Shown here piece by piece: positions 41,960 through 54,079 of a DNA stretch of 64,000 nucleotides. The position numbers were made by a program, and so were the translations under genes. A model generated the notes under the pieces. It saw only the letters and a program-made list of their open reading frames with translations, was not told the origin of the DNA and did not search any database. This DNA is from Octopus sinensis (Eukaryota). The stretch spans positions 56,358,001-56,422,000 of the forward strand of contig NC_043004.1 in the NCBI RefSeq assembly GCF_006345805.1, read 5' to 3'. The number at the start of each line of letters is the position of its first letter. Positions within the stretch are counted from its first letter, which is position 1.

Positions 41960-42945
41960 AATTCACACAAAAAAAAAAGACGAAGACAGGTGGTGTAGAC
42001 AATAAACATATGTATTAGTTTAATGCTCGGGAAGTGAAAACGTCTTTAATATTTCGAGCTTACGTTCTTCCACAGAAAGGAATACAGAAAGAAGCAAGGA
42101 GAGAAAGTAAAAAATGTGTTGTGGCTAGTGATCTATCATGGCGTATGTCGAACCGAGGGGTCACACAGGAGAGCTAGGAAGAAGGGGAGATAATAAAGTA
42201 GTAGTGATCCCAAAACGAAGGTGCGCGTGAGTGTGTATAAGAGAGTATGTATGTGCGTATGTAGGAAGGCTGGTGACCTTGACGTGTGCGTGTGGGTATG
42301 TGTGGATGGGGGGCTGGGAAGGGGTCAGTGCTGGTGTGTGGGTGGTGGTGTGTTGTGATGTGATGAGTTGTGTGATATGGTAGTGTATAGTGTAGTGGTG
42401 TGCGATGTGGTGTGAAGGTGTTAGGAGGTGGGGGACGCGAGAGTGGTGAAAGCAAGAGTTGGGTGTGGGTTAGGCTGAGGGCGGAGGTAGAGGTGGGGTA
42501 TGTGTGTAGGCTGAGGGTGGAGTACGTGTGGGTGAGTGTAAGGGATGGGTTGGGTTGGGATGGGATGGATAGTGAAGGTGGAGATGGATTGTATAGGGGT
42601 GGGTGGGGTTACGAGGGAGGGTTGACGATGAAAAGAGAAGGGGGAAGGTGGGTAGGAGGGAAGAGAACAGAAAAGAGTAGAAATGAAAAGAAGTATGAGT
42701 CGGAGAAAGAGAGGAAAGGTGACGGAAGGAAATAGGTGTGAGGGGGAGAGAGGTTAGATGAAGAGGGGAGGAGAGTTGAGCTCATGTGGCGCAAAGGAGC
42801 GAAGGGAGAAGATTAATCCCTGTTCACGGCTCAAACGGAAGTCCTGACGGCCGCTGTGCGAAGACAATCCGAATACGGACAGGTGTTGCAATGAATGACT
42901 CGTAGAGCGGAAATGGCGCGCGACCGGTGTATCATTGCCGTCTGC
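41960..42945 (-). mobile_element. 5'-truncated Penelope-like element (GIY-YIG C-terminus + 3' UTR)
   Basis: Minus-strand peptide PVARHFRSTSHSLQHLSVFGL..RLSREQGLIFSLRSFAPHELN (42775-42940) is typical of the PLE endonuclease C-terminus. A C/A-rich 3' UTR follows, with an HHR-like motif. Confidence 0.8.
42044..42079 (-). ncRNA. Degenerate minimal hammerhead motif in a PLE 3' UTR
   Basis: CTTT-CTGTGGA-A-GAAC gtaa GCTC-GAAA-TA-TT/AAAG. A6U change and a helix II mismatch. Confidence 0.45.
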
Positions 42946-42949
42946 ATAT

Positions 42950-43275
42950 TCTTTTATTCTTCTATTCTTTATTTCTTTCAGTCATTTGTGGCCATGCTGG
43001 AGCATCGGTTAGAGGATTATAGTTGAACAAATAGACACTATGACTTACTTGTCAAGTCTAATACTTGTTGTATCGTTCTCTTTTGTTACACACACACAGG
43101 GATATACATATGTGTAAATATATACCACGATCTTCTTTCCGTTTCTGTCTTCAAAATCCTCTAACAAGGTTTTTTCGGCCTGATGCTATAGTGTAAGAAA
43201 TCCCCCAAGGTGCCACGCAGTGGAATTGAACCCGGAACCATGTGGTTGGGAAGCGAGATTTTTACCACACATCCA
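42950..43275 (-). mobile_element. Diverged SINE, family 1
   Basis: tttcagtcatt..ggccatgctggagca tail and gaacccggaaccatgtgg head. Confidence 0.75.
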
Positions 43276-45647
43276 TATTTATAGATATACCTGTATGTAG
43301 ATGCATGCGTGTATAATGAGTGGTGATGAGTGAAAGTGAATGTTTTAGCATTCAGAGACAGGGAGATTGCAGAAAACAAGGTAAGATAGTACACTTTAGC
43401 ATGACAAAATAATGTTTCTCTACCTTTTACTAACACTTATACACAATTCAATTACAATTTTCCCTCTCACCAATTATCATCTATGTTTTCCTGTAACACG
43501 GAATATTTTTGCTCCTGCATGCATCTGGGTTACTTTTCCGACTCCCTGCGAAATACTACACAAAGCCAATAAGAAATAGGAAATATCGAAGCTTATACGC
43601 GCGCGTGTGTGTGTGAGCGTGTGTGTTTGAGCATGTGTGTGAGCATGCACATGTATATATGCATGTATTTATGTGTACCTTAGTCTTTGCGATTACGTAT
43701 CAATAAAAGTAATTCCGTGAATTTTATTTAGGTCATTGCTGTTTTATCATTAGCTTCTCAATGTAGTTTACAAGTGTCTGATAAACGCAATGTTAGAAGA
43801 AAATAACCCAAGAGATTTGACTTATTTTGCGTGTTTCTTATCAGCTATAATTAGTCTAGCCCTTCTAATGACTATAAACAATCTTTGTACCATGAACCCC
43901 CCACCCACACACACCGAAGGCAGCTGTTATCTTTCATTAGCTGCAATGCATTTCGTATTACTTCTCTCTTGGCGGTGTTAATACTGTGGAATATTGTTAC
44001 TCTCTGGTGTCTATCTTCATTTACACAATTAAATTATACGTTAATGCCGAAATACAAATGATATAGTAATGATATCTAACATATACACAAGGCTAAATAT
44101 TTTGTGTGCTGGACACAACAATGGATTATATTAACACGGTGACTGGTTCTCGTTTCAATAGCCTGTGACGGACGGAAAATAGAATCGAACTCGAAGAAAC
44201 CCTCGAAAATTATGTCGTTCTTTCTTCAATTTTGATGCATAAATTTGCACGTTTTTCATTCATTGTTTTATGTTAAATATTTCGATTATTGTTGATTTCG
44301 ATTCATAGCCAAGGGCTGATTAATTCGTACAACATCTACTGAAGCATATTTGTTTGCACTTCTCTGATGTTTTAATTCATTATATACATTCAGTATTGAA
44401 CTGATTCAGAAATTTTACTGTATTTTTGGGTGTCATTAACATCTGAATCACCACTTAAGTTCCCGGCCATTTTACGTGTGAGGAAGTCGGAAACTCCATC
44501 ACCTTCCCACGGTTATTACACTGTCGTGATCAAAATCTACCGGGGTCAATTTAGCAACACTTTGGAATTTTGGTGGAGCGATTGTAAATATTTTTGGAAT
44601 TAGGTTAGCGAAATTCCTCCAAAATATAGACTTTTTTCCTCCTCACTTCGGAATAAAGTTTCCACTCACACGTGAAGCATAACTGTGGTACCATATGCAT
44701 TCTAACACACATTCTACTTCCTGAGGCAAAAAATCGCTTTACATAATTTTTTTTATGAAATTGTTCGTAATGAAAAATTTAATTCGTCTTCTGGAATTAC
44801 GATCACCTCAGAACATATTCACTTTTGTATGGCAGTGCTAAACCACGGTGCTGGTAACTCTTGCAAATGTGCTACAGTCACTTGTGTATCTCTTGTTTTT
44901 ATTATTCTTCTCATAGTTAGTTAAATCCTCAAAAATGTTTTAGCCCGAAGGCCGCGGCCATGCTGGGGCACCACCACTGTTATTGATATTTTAATCTGAA
45001 ATTTTCTTTTTGTCACTGTTATTGATGTGTTATTTGATGTCTGTTCTGCCGCTGTTGTTATTGATATTGTTCTTGTTACTGCTCTTGATAATAGTAATTG
45101 CGTTACACATTTCTTTTAAATATTCGCAGGTATTCTCAACAATGTTTGTTGTTCGTCTTAGCCATGGTAACATGTACATCAATTTTAGATTTCTTTGCAT
45201 TATTTATTTCTGCATCGTTTTTACGATTGCTATCACAGCAGTTGGTCTTGTTTCTACCATTGCTGTTTATGTTGTTATTCTTTCTCTGGTTACTGATATT
45301 TTCAGCTTTCGTTTTGTACCATAGAATTGCGTTATTGTCAGGCTTAGCACTTTCATGTTTCTTATATTCTCTAAAACACATTTCATATTAACTCTCCAAG
45401 TAAAATGGATCACTGGATCCGTTCGAACAGTGAATCTGCTCGCAGCAAAATTATAGTTGTATCTGCTGGTGTATGTCTTCCATAATACATCCGAAAACAT
45501 TAATACCTACATTCATACATACATACATACCTATATACCTATATATATATATATACACTTATATGATATAAATAAAATACATATATACATGTACAAACAT
45601 GCATATACATATATGTATATGTATGTATATATATATATATATACATA

Positions 45648-47356
45648 CTGCCACTGACATCGTAGCAGCAATAAATGAGGTCAAACATTACTCTGCTGTA
45701 GGCCCTGATAGATTTCCCGCTAGTCTCCTGAAGGAATGTAGATACCAACTTGCAGTCCCTCTGACCAACCTCTGGAGAAATTCGTTAGACGCAGGTTATT
45801 TACCGAAACAGTTTCTATCCCAGTCGGTCATCCCGGTTTTCAAACAGGGAAACAGATCTCTCGCAGTCAACTATCGCCCAATCTCACTCACCTCCCACAT
45901 CATTAAAGTGTTTGAAAGAGTGTGAAGATCAAGGATAGCTGACTTCCTGGAGACCCACAAACTCCTAAATGCAAATCAGCATGGCTTTCGCTGTGGCAGG
46001 GACTGTCTAACACAGCTCTTACACCACATTGAAGATGTACTCAAAGCCTTGGGAACAGGTTCGGACTCTGACGTCATATATCTTGACTTCAGTAAAGCGT
46101 TCGACAGGGTAGACCATAATATCCTACTCTCAAAATTGGCAAATGTTGGAATCCGTGGAAAAGTTCTATACTGGATGAAGTATTTCCTGGCGAATAGAAC
46201 ACAACATGTTGTAGTTGATGGAGTCCACTCAAACCCAGCAAAAGTCACCAGCGGTGTTCCCCAGGGAACTGTTTTGGGTCCGCTACTCTTCATAATTTAC
46301 ATAAACGACCTTTCCAGGGTCGTACATTACTGCAAAGTGAAAATATTTGCTGATGACACTAAGCTCCAGCAAATCGTCAATGAAGAAGCAGACCGAACTC
46401 AACTCCAGTCTGATCTATATGCTGTGAGTCAATGGGCAGACAGAAACAAAATGCAACTGAATGAGGGAAAATTTGAGCTGATGCATTTTGGAAGAAATTC
46501 CTCACTAAAACAACCATACTCTCTTCAGGGGAACCGCTCACAGCCTCTAACAATATCAGAGACCTGGGTGTAATTGTTGATGACGATCTCAGTTGGAGTA
46601 CACACATCAACAAGAAGGTCGATATAGCTCGTAGGATGAGTTCCTGGATCTTAAGAACTTTCGGTCCAGAGAACAAGGTGTCATCATACCACTTTTTTCC
46701 TCCTTTGTACGGCCACACCTTGAATACTGCTGCCCACTGTAGTCTCCTCACACAAGACAAAATATCTCCAGAATTGAGTCACCCCAGAGGGCACTCACTA
46801 AACGAATTGAAGGCATGGCTTCTCTCGATTATTGGGATCGCCTTAAAGCCTTGAAACTTTACTCCCTCCAGCGTCGCCGTGAGCGGTACATCATTTGTAC
46901 GATGTGGAAAATATACCGCCAACTTTGCCCAAACGACCTAAACATTAGCTTCAAGGTTCATCCAAGACTTGGACCACGGGCTATACGTCCTCTGCACAAT
47001 TCAAGATCACAACATACATGTACACTGCAACATAATTTCTTTTCCTCAACAGGCCCTGCCCTATTTAACATTGTCCCGAGGGAGATCAAAGAGGAAAAGG
47101 ATCCCATCAACATTAAACAGAGTCTGGATAGATTCCTTCAAAGAATACCAGATAAGCCACCCATAATTGGATACAACTCACCCAACAAGAACTCACTACT
47201 TGAACAAAACTGGATACAACTCACCCAACAAGAACTCACTACTTGAACAAAACTTGACTTAAACAGGATTCGAATAATCCTATCAGGTGGTGCTATTAAG
47301 TTAGACATGGCCTGGACCAATCTTTGGTCGAATCATATCTAAGTTTATCTAAGTTT
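45648..47356 (+). mobile_element. 5'-truncated CR1-type LINE (RT domain), pseudogenised
   Basis: VGPD, NYRPISLTS, QHGFR, YLDFSKAFD, GVPQG and FADD motifs. Stop at 45923-45925 and frameshifts near 46520-46800. (atctaagttt)2 tail; ~105-bp flanking duplication. Confidence 0.93.
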
Positions 47357-47664
47357 ATATATATATATATATACACTTATATGATATAAATATATACATA
47401 TATACATGTACAAACATACATATACATATATTTATATTTATATGTATATATATATATATACATATATATATATACATTAAGAGCAAATACGTAACAAGAA
47501 CGTCCAGGTATTACTGCAGTATGGCTCGTTTGAAACGGCTCCATTTAATCAATCAATGCAAGCTTTACATCATTTTGAAATAACTCTCTCTCCTAATTCA
47601 ACTGAGTTTAATTAATTCTCTCCTTCTGTATATATATATATATATAATATATATATTTCTGTAT

Positions 47665-47770
<106 letters not shown>

Positions 47771-48699
47771 CTACTTCTACATGCCCATTAGGTAGACATT
47801 AAACCGACACCCAACGCTACACAGTGTGGTTTAATATCATTCCAGCATCCAACGTGGAGCAGTTCATACATTACAAACAAAAATAAATGAATAAAAAATA
47901 TGTAAAAGATATGTAATTTTAAAATATAAATAAAATAAGATTTAAATATAAATAAAATAGGATGTAAATATATATACATATAAGAATATATAAAACGATA
48001 TATACATATTTACACATATTTGTTGGATGGCTGTTGACTACTAATGAGTTCGTCTGACCTTTAACAGGTTTCATCTTTTGCCCCGCAGGGTGTCCAATAA
48101 TCACTCTTCTCACGAAGGAAGCCTGGTGGGATTGCCAATTCAGTCGCCAACGAACCGACCATGCAGCAAGTTGTAGTGGATTGCATGTTACCAATAGCAC
48201 ACAAGAGCTACATCGTCTGGTTTAAGCAGCGACATCAGACGCCGTGATGGATCTAAGATATAAGTGCACGAGATAGTCAAGCTCTGCATAAGGAATAGAC
48301 AACCATCATATATATATATATATATGCACGTATTTATATCAAGTACTTAACTGTTCAGTGGCTGCGACACTGAGATAATTCCGAATGCATAACCCAGTGG
48401 TAATGTTGACACAAAGCAAACGACTATTAGTAAACAGATTACACTACAGGACAACCTAATTAAAATAACTATCACGTAGTATTTATATCAAACAGTGCAG
48501 AAACAAAATCTTTTCACACCGAGAGGCATACTGTATTTCAATATACGTTTGGGAAATAACATGTCTCCAAACTATTGTGCAGACGTTAGTAAGTAAGTTG
48601 AGTAACTTTAAGTATCAAATATACTGCTTTATACTGCCGAAAAACGTTCAATATAGAAATGATTAAGAGGCATAATTGAGTTTATATATATATATATAT

Positions 48700-49461
48700 A
48701 TAAAATATACCGAGGGACAACCCCTCGATAATACATTGGATCACTGGAAGGATTCCTGTGAGAGAGAAGAGAGAAATTCTCTCCTACGCTGGGAGAAAAA
48801 CATGGACTTCTTCCAAAAATATAGTGAAACCTTCAAAAATGAATTGGGTACAAATAATCCCTTCCTTAAGAAAATTACAATAAATAAAAAAGAAAAACCT
48901 AACAACCCACGAACAACCCCCAACTATCCTCCATACACTAAAAACAGAAATCACCCACAACCAACCTCTACAAACCACGCTAGACCTAACAGGGAACTAG
49001 CTGAAAGAGGACGCGTCTATGAAAGAAATTACACCAAAAACAGAACAAACCAACAACATCATAATACCAGACCCAACCACCATACAGCACAATACGACAC
49101 TAGGATAAGAAATACACCACACACAAATCACTACTACCCCATGAACCAAAACTACTGGTCCCCACTAAACACAAGACAAACGCAAAGAAACACTATGTCA
49201 AGCAACATCCCACATACAAGAAGTTCGAAACAAAAATATTCCCCATACAGAAATTTTACACACACCACAAGCATTAACAACCATAGATTCCCACACACAC
49301 ACAACGATCGGAGGCAACAATACCACCACTCCCCCGACCAAATACCACACAACCTCACAGACAACTCATACAAACAAAATTACACCCAACATTTTTTAGC
49401 CAGGGACCAGGGACACCAGGACACAGGCTGGAACCTAGTAATAAGGAAAAACCGAAGATAA
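48700..49461 (+). CDS. PLE N-terminal ORF (N/T/H/Q-rich), 5'-incomplete
   Basis: Stop-free frame from the (TA)n junction to TAA at 49459-49461. Overlaps the RT frame by ~180 nt. Confidence 0.6.
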   Translation: MKYTEGQPLDNTLDHWKDSCEREERNSLLRWEKNMDFFQKYSETFKNELGTNNPFLKKITINKKEKPNNPRTTPNYPPYTKNRNHPQPTSTNHARPNRELAERGRVYERNYTKNRTNQQHHNTRPNHHTAQYDTRIRNTPHTNHYYPMNQNYWSPLNTRQTQRNTMSSNIPHTRSSKQKYSPYRNFTHTTSINNHRFPHTHNDRRQQYHHSPDQIPHNLTDNSYKQNYTQHFLARDQGHQDTGWNLVIRKNRR

Positions 49462-51722
49462 TCAATCTTTCAACCAAACCTCTTTCTAACATAAAAATTG
49501 ACATCCTCGCAAAAGGGCTCAAATTTACACCAACTCCACGCAGAGCAAACCTAAATGAACTCAAGGATGATATAACAGAATTTTGCAGAAAATTAAGACT
49601 AGCAGAAGCATCAAACAGTTTCAATACTGAAGATGAATCACTTGTCAAGAACAAAAGTGAACACATCCCACACAGAGGAAGAAATAAAGATCTTGACGAA
49701 TTCTGTAACCACATTGAGAACTTCCCCTACCATACTATACATAAACAGAAAGCTAACCCAAATTTTAACAATACACAATGGAAAGAACTGATAGAACTCC
49801 AAAATGATGAAGATATAACCATTAAGGAAGCGGACAAGGGAAATGCAGTTGTAATAATGGATACATCATACTACAGAAATCTTGTAATTTCCTTGCTTGA
49901 TGAAGACCTACATTATGAAAAAATTACCAACTACACCCCACAAAAAATAATGAAAACTCTATCTTCACTAATTAAAACCCATGAAAAGGAACTGACAACC
50001 AAAGAGATTGATTTCCTAACAAACTTTAAATGCAAACCTAGCCTTTTCTATGGTCTGCCAAAAATTCATAAAAGTCAAATTATAAATGAAACCATTAAAA
50101 AATCACCAAAGACATACATACACACACCTAATCCGGGGGACCTAAAACTACGACCCATTGTAGCTGGCCCAACCTGTGAAACACACAGACTAAGTCTACT
50201 TATGGACATCCTCTTGAAACCCTTCCTTAAACATATCGATAGCCATATCAGAGATGACTTAGATATGTTAAACCACCTTCCAAAAAAAAACAAGGAAGAA
50301 ACAATCCTGGTTTCATTTGATGTAGTCAACTTGTATACCAGTATACCTCATAATTATGGACTGGAGGCAATACAATTCTGGTTAGACCAATTTCCGGAAG
50401 AAATACCAAAAAGGATCAGTAAAGAATTCATTACTAAATCAATTGAATTCATCCTACACAATAACCACTTCATGTTTGACAATACATTTTACCGTCAAAA
50501 ATCCGGAATTGCTATGGGTACAAGGGCAGCACCAGTCATTGCGAACTTAACAATGGGATACATGGAAATAATCATTTACCAGGAATCTCTATCAATCTTT
50601 GGAAACTCCCTCTCTCAATACATAAAAGAGAATTGGAAACGATTCCTAGACGATTGTTTCATTCTCTGGAATGAAAACATAGATAAACTCCTAAAATTTA
50701 AAAACCTATTGAACAGCATAAACCCAACTATACAGTTCACAATGGAATACAACCAAAAGGAGCTCCCGTTCTTGGATATACTAATTAAAAAAATTAACCT
50801 TAAAATAGAAACAGACATTTTTTACAAAGCCACAGACGCCAAACAATACCTTCTTTTTAATTCATGCCACCCAAGACACACTAAAACAAACATCCCCTTC
50901 AACCTTGCAAGAAGGATATGCACAATAGTGTCAGAACAAAATACCAGGAACTTTAGACTGCAAGAACTCAAAAACACCCTAATTGACAGACATTACCCAG
51001 CTCAACTCATAGAGGATGGGATCAGACGTGCAACAGAAATCAACATAGAAACTTTAAGAAAAGTTCAACACAACAACACACCTTCCCCGAAAATACTACC
51101 TTACATATCTACATACAACCCCAGAAACAAAGAAGCCTTCACCATCATCACCCAGAATTTACCAATACTTCATAAAAACCCAAAATTAAAGGAAATTCTA
51201 AACATACACCAAATCATTAAAAGCTACAAACAGCCTAAATCACTTAAAAAGATTCTCACAAAGGCAAAATTGTCTTCTAAAATTACGGATGCAAAAGTAA
51301 AAAAATGTGGTAGATCGAACTGTGCAACATGTCCTAACCTATTGGAAGGATCAGAATTCCTCTTTAAAGAGGGACAGAAATTTAAGATCAAATCTAACTT
51401 TACTTGTGCCTCTGAAAACATAATTTATGTTATTAAATGCTCGGGCTGCCACCAAGACTACGTGGGTTCCACGGGACTATCACTCAGGCGCAGATGCACA
51501 CTGCATCGACAACAGATTGCATTCCCAGAATATAGAATGATACCTTTTAGTGAGCACATTGAGAAATGCGCAAAGCAACTACTGCCACAATTTTTAATCT
51601 TCCCATTTTACCAATGTGCTTTCGGATCATCAACACAAATGAGACTGAACAAGGAAACATTCTTCATTGAAAAGTACAAACCCAGACTCAACCATCCGAA
51701 CATACTGACACAGAGAAATTAA
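49278..51722 (+). CDS. PLE reverse transcriptase + GIY-YIG endonuclease
   Basis: I read the frame as open from 49278, upstream of the track Met at 49857. Motifs: IINLS..KGLKFTPTP, ADKG, YGLPKIHK, FDVVNLYT, GIAMGT, RFLDD, PFLD, then CGRSNCATC and IIYVIKCSGC..YVG endonuclease. Confidence 0.92.
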
Positions 51723-51868
51723 CAAGGAAATGGAAAAAAAAAAAAAAAAAAATTTTTAAGCGATTATCTCCCCTACACCGGAAAAAATCACTCACTACCT
51801 CCCCTTATTTAGAAATCTCCTGGAAATAAAAACAACGATAATTCCATGCAATATAAACATAACGTCAC

Positions 51869-51908
51869 AAGAAATTTGAAAAGCTACACGCGAAACCGGT
51901 AATTTCTT
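51869..51908 (+). ncRNA. Minimal type I hammerhead with compensatory U3:A8 core pair
   Basis: AAGAAAT-TTGAAAA-GC tacac GC-GAAA-CCGG-TA/ATTTCTT. 7-bp helix I, palindrome ACCGGT, GUA triplet. Predicted cut after 51901. Confidence 0.78.
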
Positions 51909-53105
51909 TAAAAATTTTAAAATTATGTCATTTTAAGGAAAGGAAAAAAATTTTTCCAATATTCTCCAGACATTTTGACACAAATATATATATTTTTTAA
52001 CATTTAAGCCTTCTGTCGTTTTTTCACACTTTACTATTTTCTTATATATATAAATATATATATATATATGTGTATCAATGTGTATCTATATATATGTATG
52101 TATGTATGTATGTGTTTTTGTATGTGTGTGCTTGTGTAGTCTTATACATTAAAAAGCTAGGCGGAGAAGACAATGATGCACAGAACACAGGTATACAATG
52201 GAAACAATCATCTGTGGGATATTTTTCTTTTCAGTGAAACGGAAAGAAGATATCAGAATTTCAGTATTGGAGAGAGGTAAACAAAATTGATTTAAAGAAC
52301 GGAATAGTTATAGGTGTTTTAGACAGATTTTGAATAAGATGTCGTTTGTTCCATTTCAATTGAATTAACTTGAACATGATGGATTACATTACAAATATTT
52401 TGTTCGTTGCTTTGCAAACGTGACCTACTAAATGTGAATACTACGGCAAAATCATAGAAACTGTGCTGTGTCTTTATGTCTTTATGTTCTTTCTTTCTTT
52501 GTACAGTTATAAAATCTTACTTTAGATTGTATTTGACTTTCAAAGTTACAATGTGTTGACGTTTTTATCATGTACAATGATTGTGAAATGATATAATGTA
52601 AAAAGTTATAAAAACAATAACAACAAAAGCGACGATGACGACACGACAACATCAACAAATAAATGGGTTTCTTTATGAAAATGAGTCTTCACTCAAGGCA
52701 CAGACAACATAAAGAAACATTTGGGGAAATACATTATGAAAGAATCCTCTAAGCTTATTGAAGTCTAGAAAATGTATGAATCTATTAATATTATAACATA
52801 CTTGTGTATGCATGCGCTTTATTTTTATTTCAAAGAACGCATCAAGGAGTTGATAACTTACAACTCTACTTGGAAAAAGATGAGACGAAAGTGTTGTGAA
52901 TAGATGAAGGAGTAAAACAGTTCTTTTCTCGTTTTTTTCCATGTCGAAAAATATATTACATAAGACGTAGAGCTTCTCTTGTGTCAACATATCTTTTACT
53001 CCTTAGTACTTACCGTCTTAACTACACGCATCGTATTCCTTTAGCTTGCCACCCTTTTTCCTTTGCTTCTTGTTCGATGTTGTTGTTGGTGTCATTATTA
53101 TCAGA

Positions 53106-53320
53106 AGGAGGTGAGCTGGCTGAAACGTTAGCACGCCGGGCGAAATGCTTAGCGGCATTTCGTCTGTCTTTTCGTTCTGAGTTCAAATTCCGCCGAGGTC
53201 GAGTTTGCCTTTTATCCTTTCGGTGTTGATAAATTAAGTACCAGTTGCGTACTGGAGTCGATCAAATCGGCTGGATCCCTCCCCAAAATTTCGGGCCTTG
53301 TGCTTAGAGTAGAAAAGATT
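53106..53320 (+). mobile_element. SINE-like repeat, family 2
   Basis: ggtgagctggc..aaacgttagcacgccgggcgaaatgc head plus the family-2 body. Confidence 0.8.
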
Positions 53321-53704
53321 ATTATTATTATGATTATTGAATGAGAGAGCAGCGCATGCCATCATAGTAATACAATATATACGAAATCCAATATACTCAT
53401 CATAACTACCGTATGATAAGGGTACAACAGGCACATCTATGACCCAGTGGCACAAAGAGAAATCCTCATGATCATGAATATGGTCATCATTCATGTTGTT
53501 GTTAGAAAATATAGATATCCTCGTGTACCTATGTTATGTGTTGAAATGGTTAACTGAAAAGGATGCCAGAAAGAGGGAGAGAGAGAAATTGGAGCGAGAG
53601 GAAGTGGGAGAGGTAGAGAAATATGTACAGAAATAAGGAATATTTAGTGGAAGATCCTTTGTATCGAAGAAAATAGAGCGAAGAGAATATTACGGACTTA
53701 TATA

Positions 53705-53930
53705 TTTCTTTGTTGCCTACAAGGGGCTAAACATAGAGGGGACAAACAAGGGCAGATGAACGGATTAAGTCGATTACATAGACCCCAGTGCGTAACTGGT
53801 ACTTAATTTATCGACCCCGAAAGGATGAAAGGCAAAGTCGACCTCGGCGGAATTTGAACTCACAACGTAACAGTAGACGAAATAAGGCTACGCATTTCGC
53901 CCGGCGTGCTAACGTTTCTGCCAGCCCGCC
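53705..53930 (-). mobile_element. SINE-like repeat, family 2
   Basis: Near-identical to the 20680-20895 copy. Confidence 0.85.
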
Positions 53931-53939
53931 TTATTATTC

Positions 53940-53973
<34 letters not shown>

Positions 53974-53995
53974 CGTCGTCGTCGTCGTTGTTGTT

Positions 53996-54026
<31 letters not shown>

Positions 54027-54041
54027 TTGTTGCTGTTGTTG

Positions 54042-54075
<34 letters not shown>
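53930..54075. repeat. (TTG)n/(TCG)n/(TTA)n trinucleotide array
   Basis: Direct reading. Confidence 0.95.

Positions 54076-54079
<4 letters not shown>

Larger units (their letters stand above)
48700..52030 (+). mobile_element. Penelope-like retroelement (Neptune-like), 5'-truncated at (TA)n
   Basis: Two overlapping open frames with RT + GIY-YIG, a 3' UTR with a hammerhead, and TA-rich microsatellites on both flanks. Confidence 0.92.

Noticed and set aside
45010-45391. Hydrophobic, membrane-protein-like ORFs
   Set aside because: Decayed (GTT/ATT)n low-complexity sequence; all frames look similarly hydrophobic.
48030-48125. Minus-strand GAAA-CCTGT-TA-AAGG upstream of the PLE
   Set aside because: No recognisable CTGANGA core or helix II; at best a remnant.
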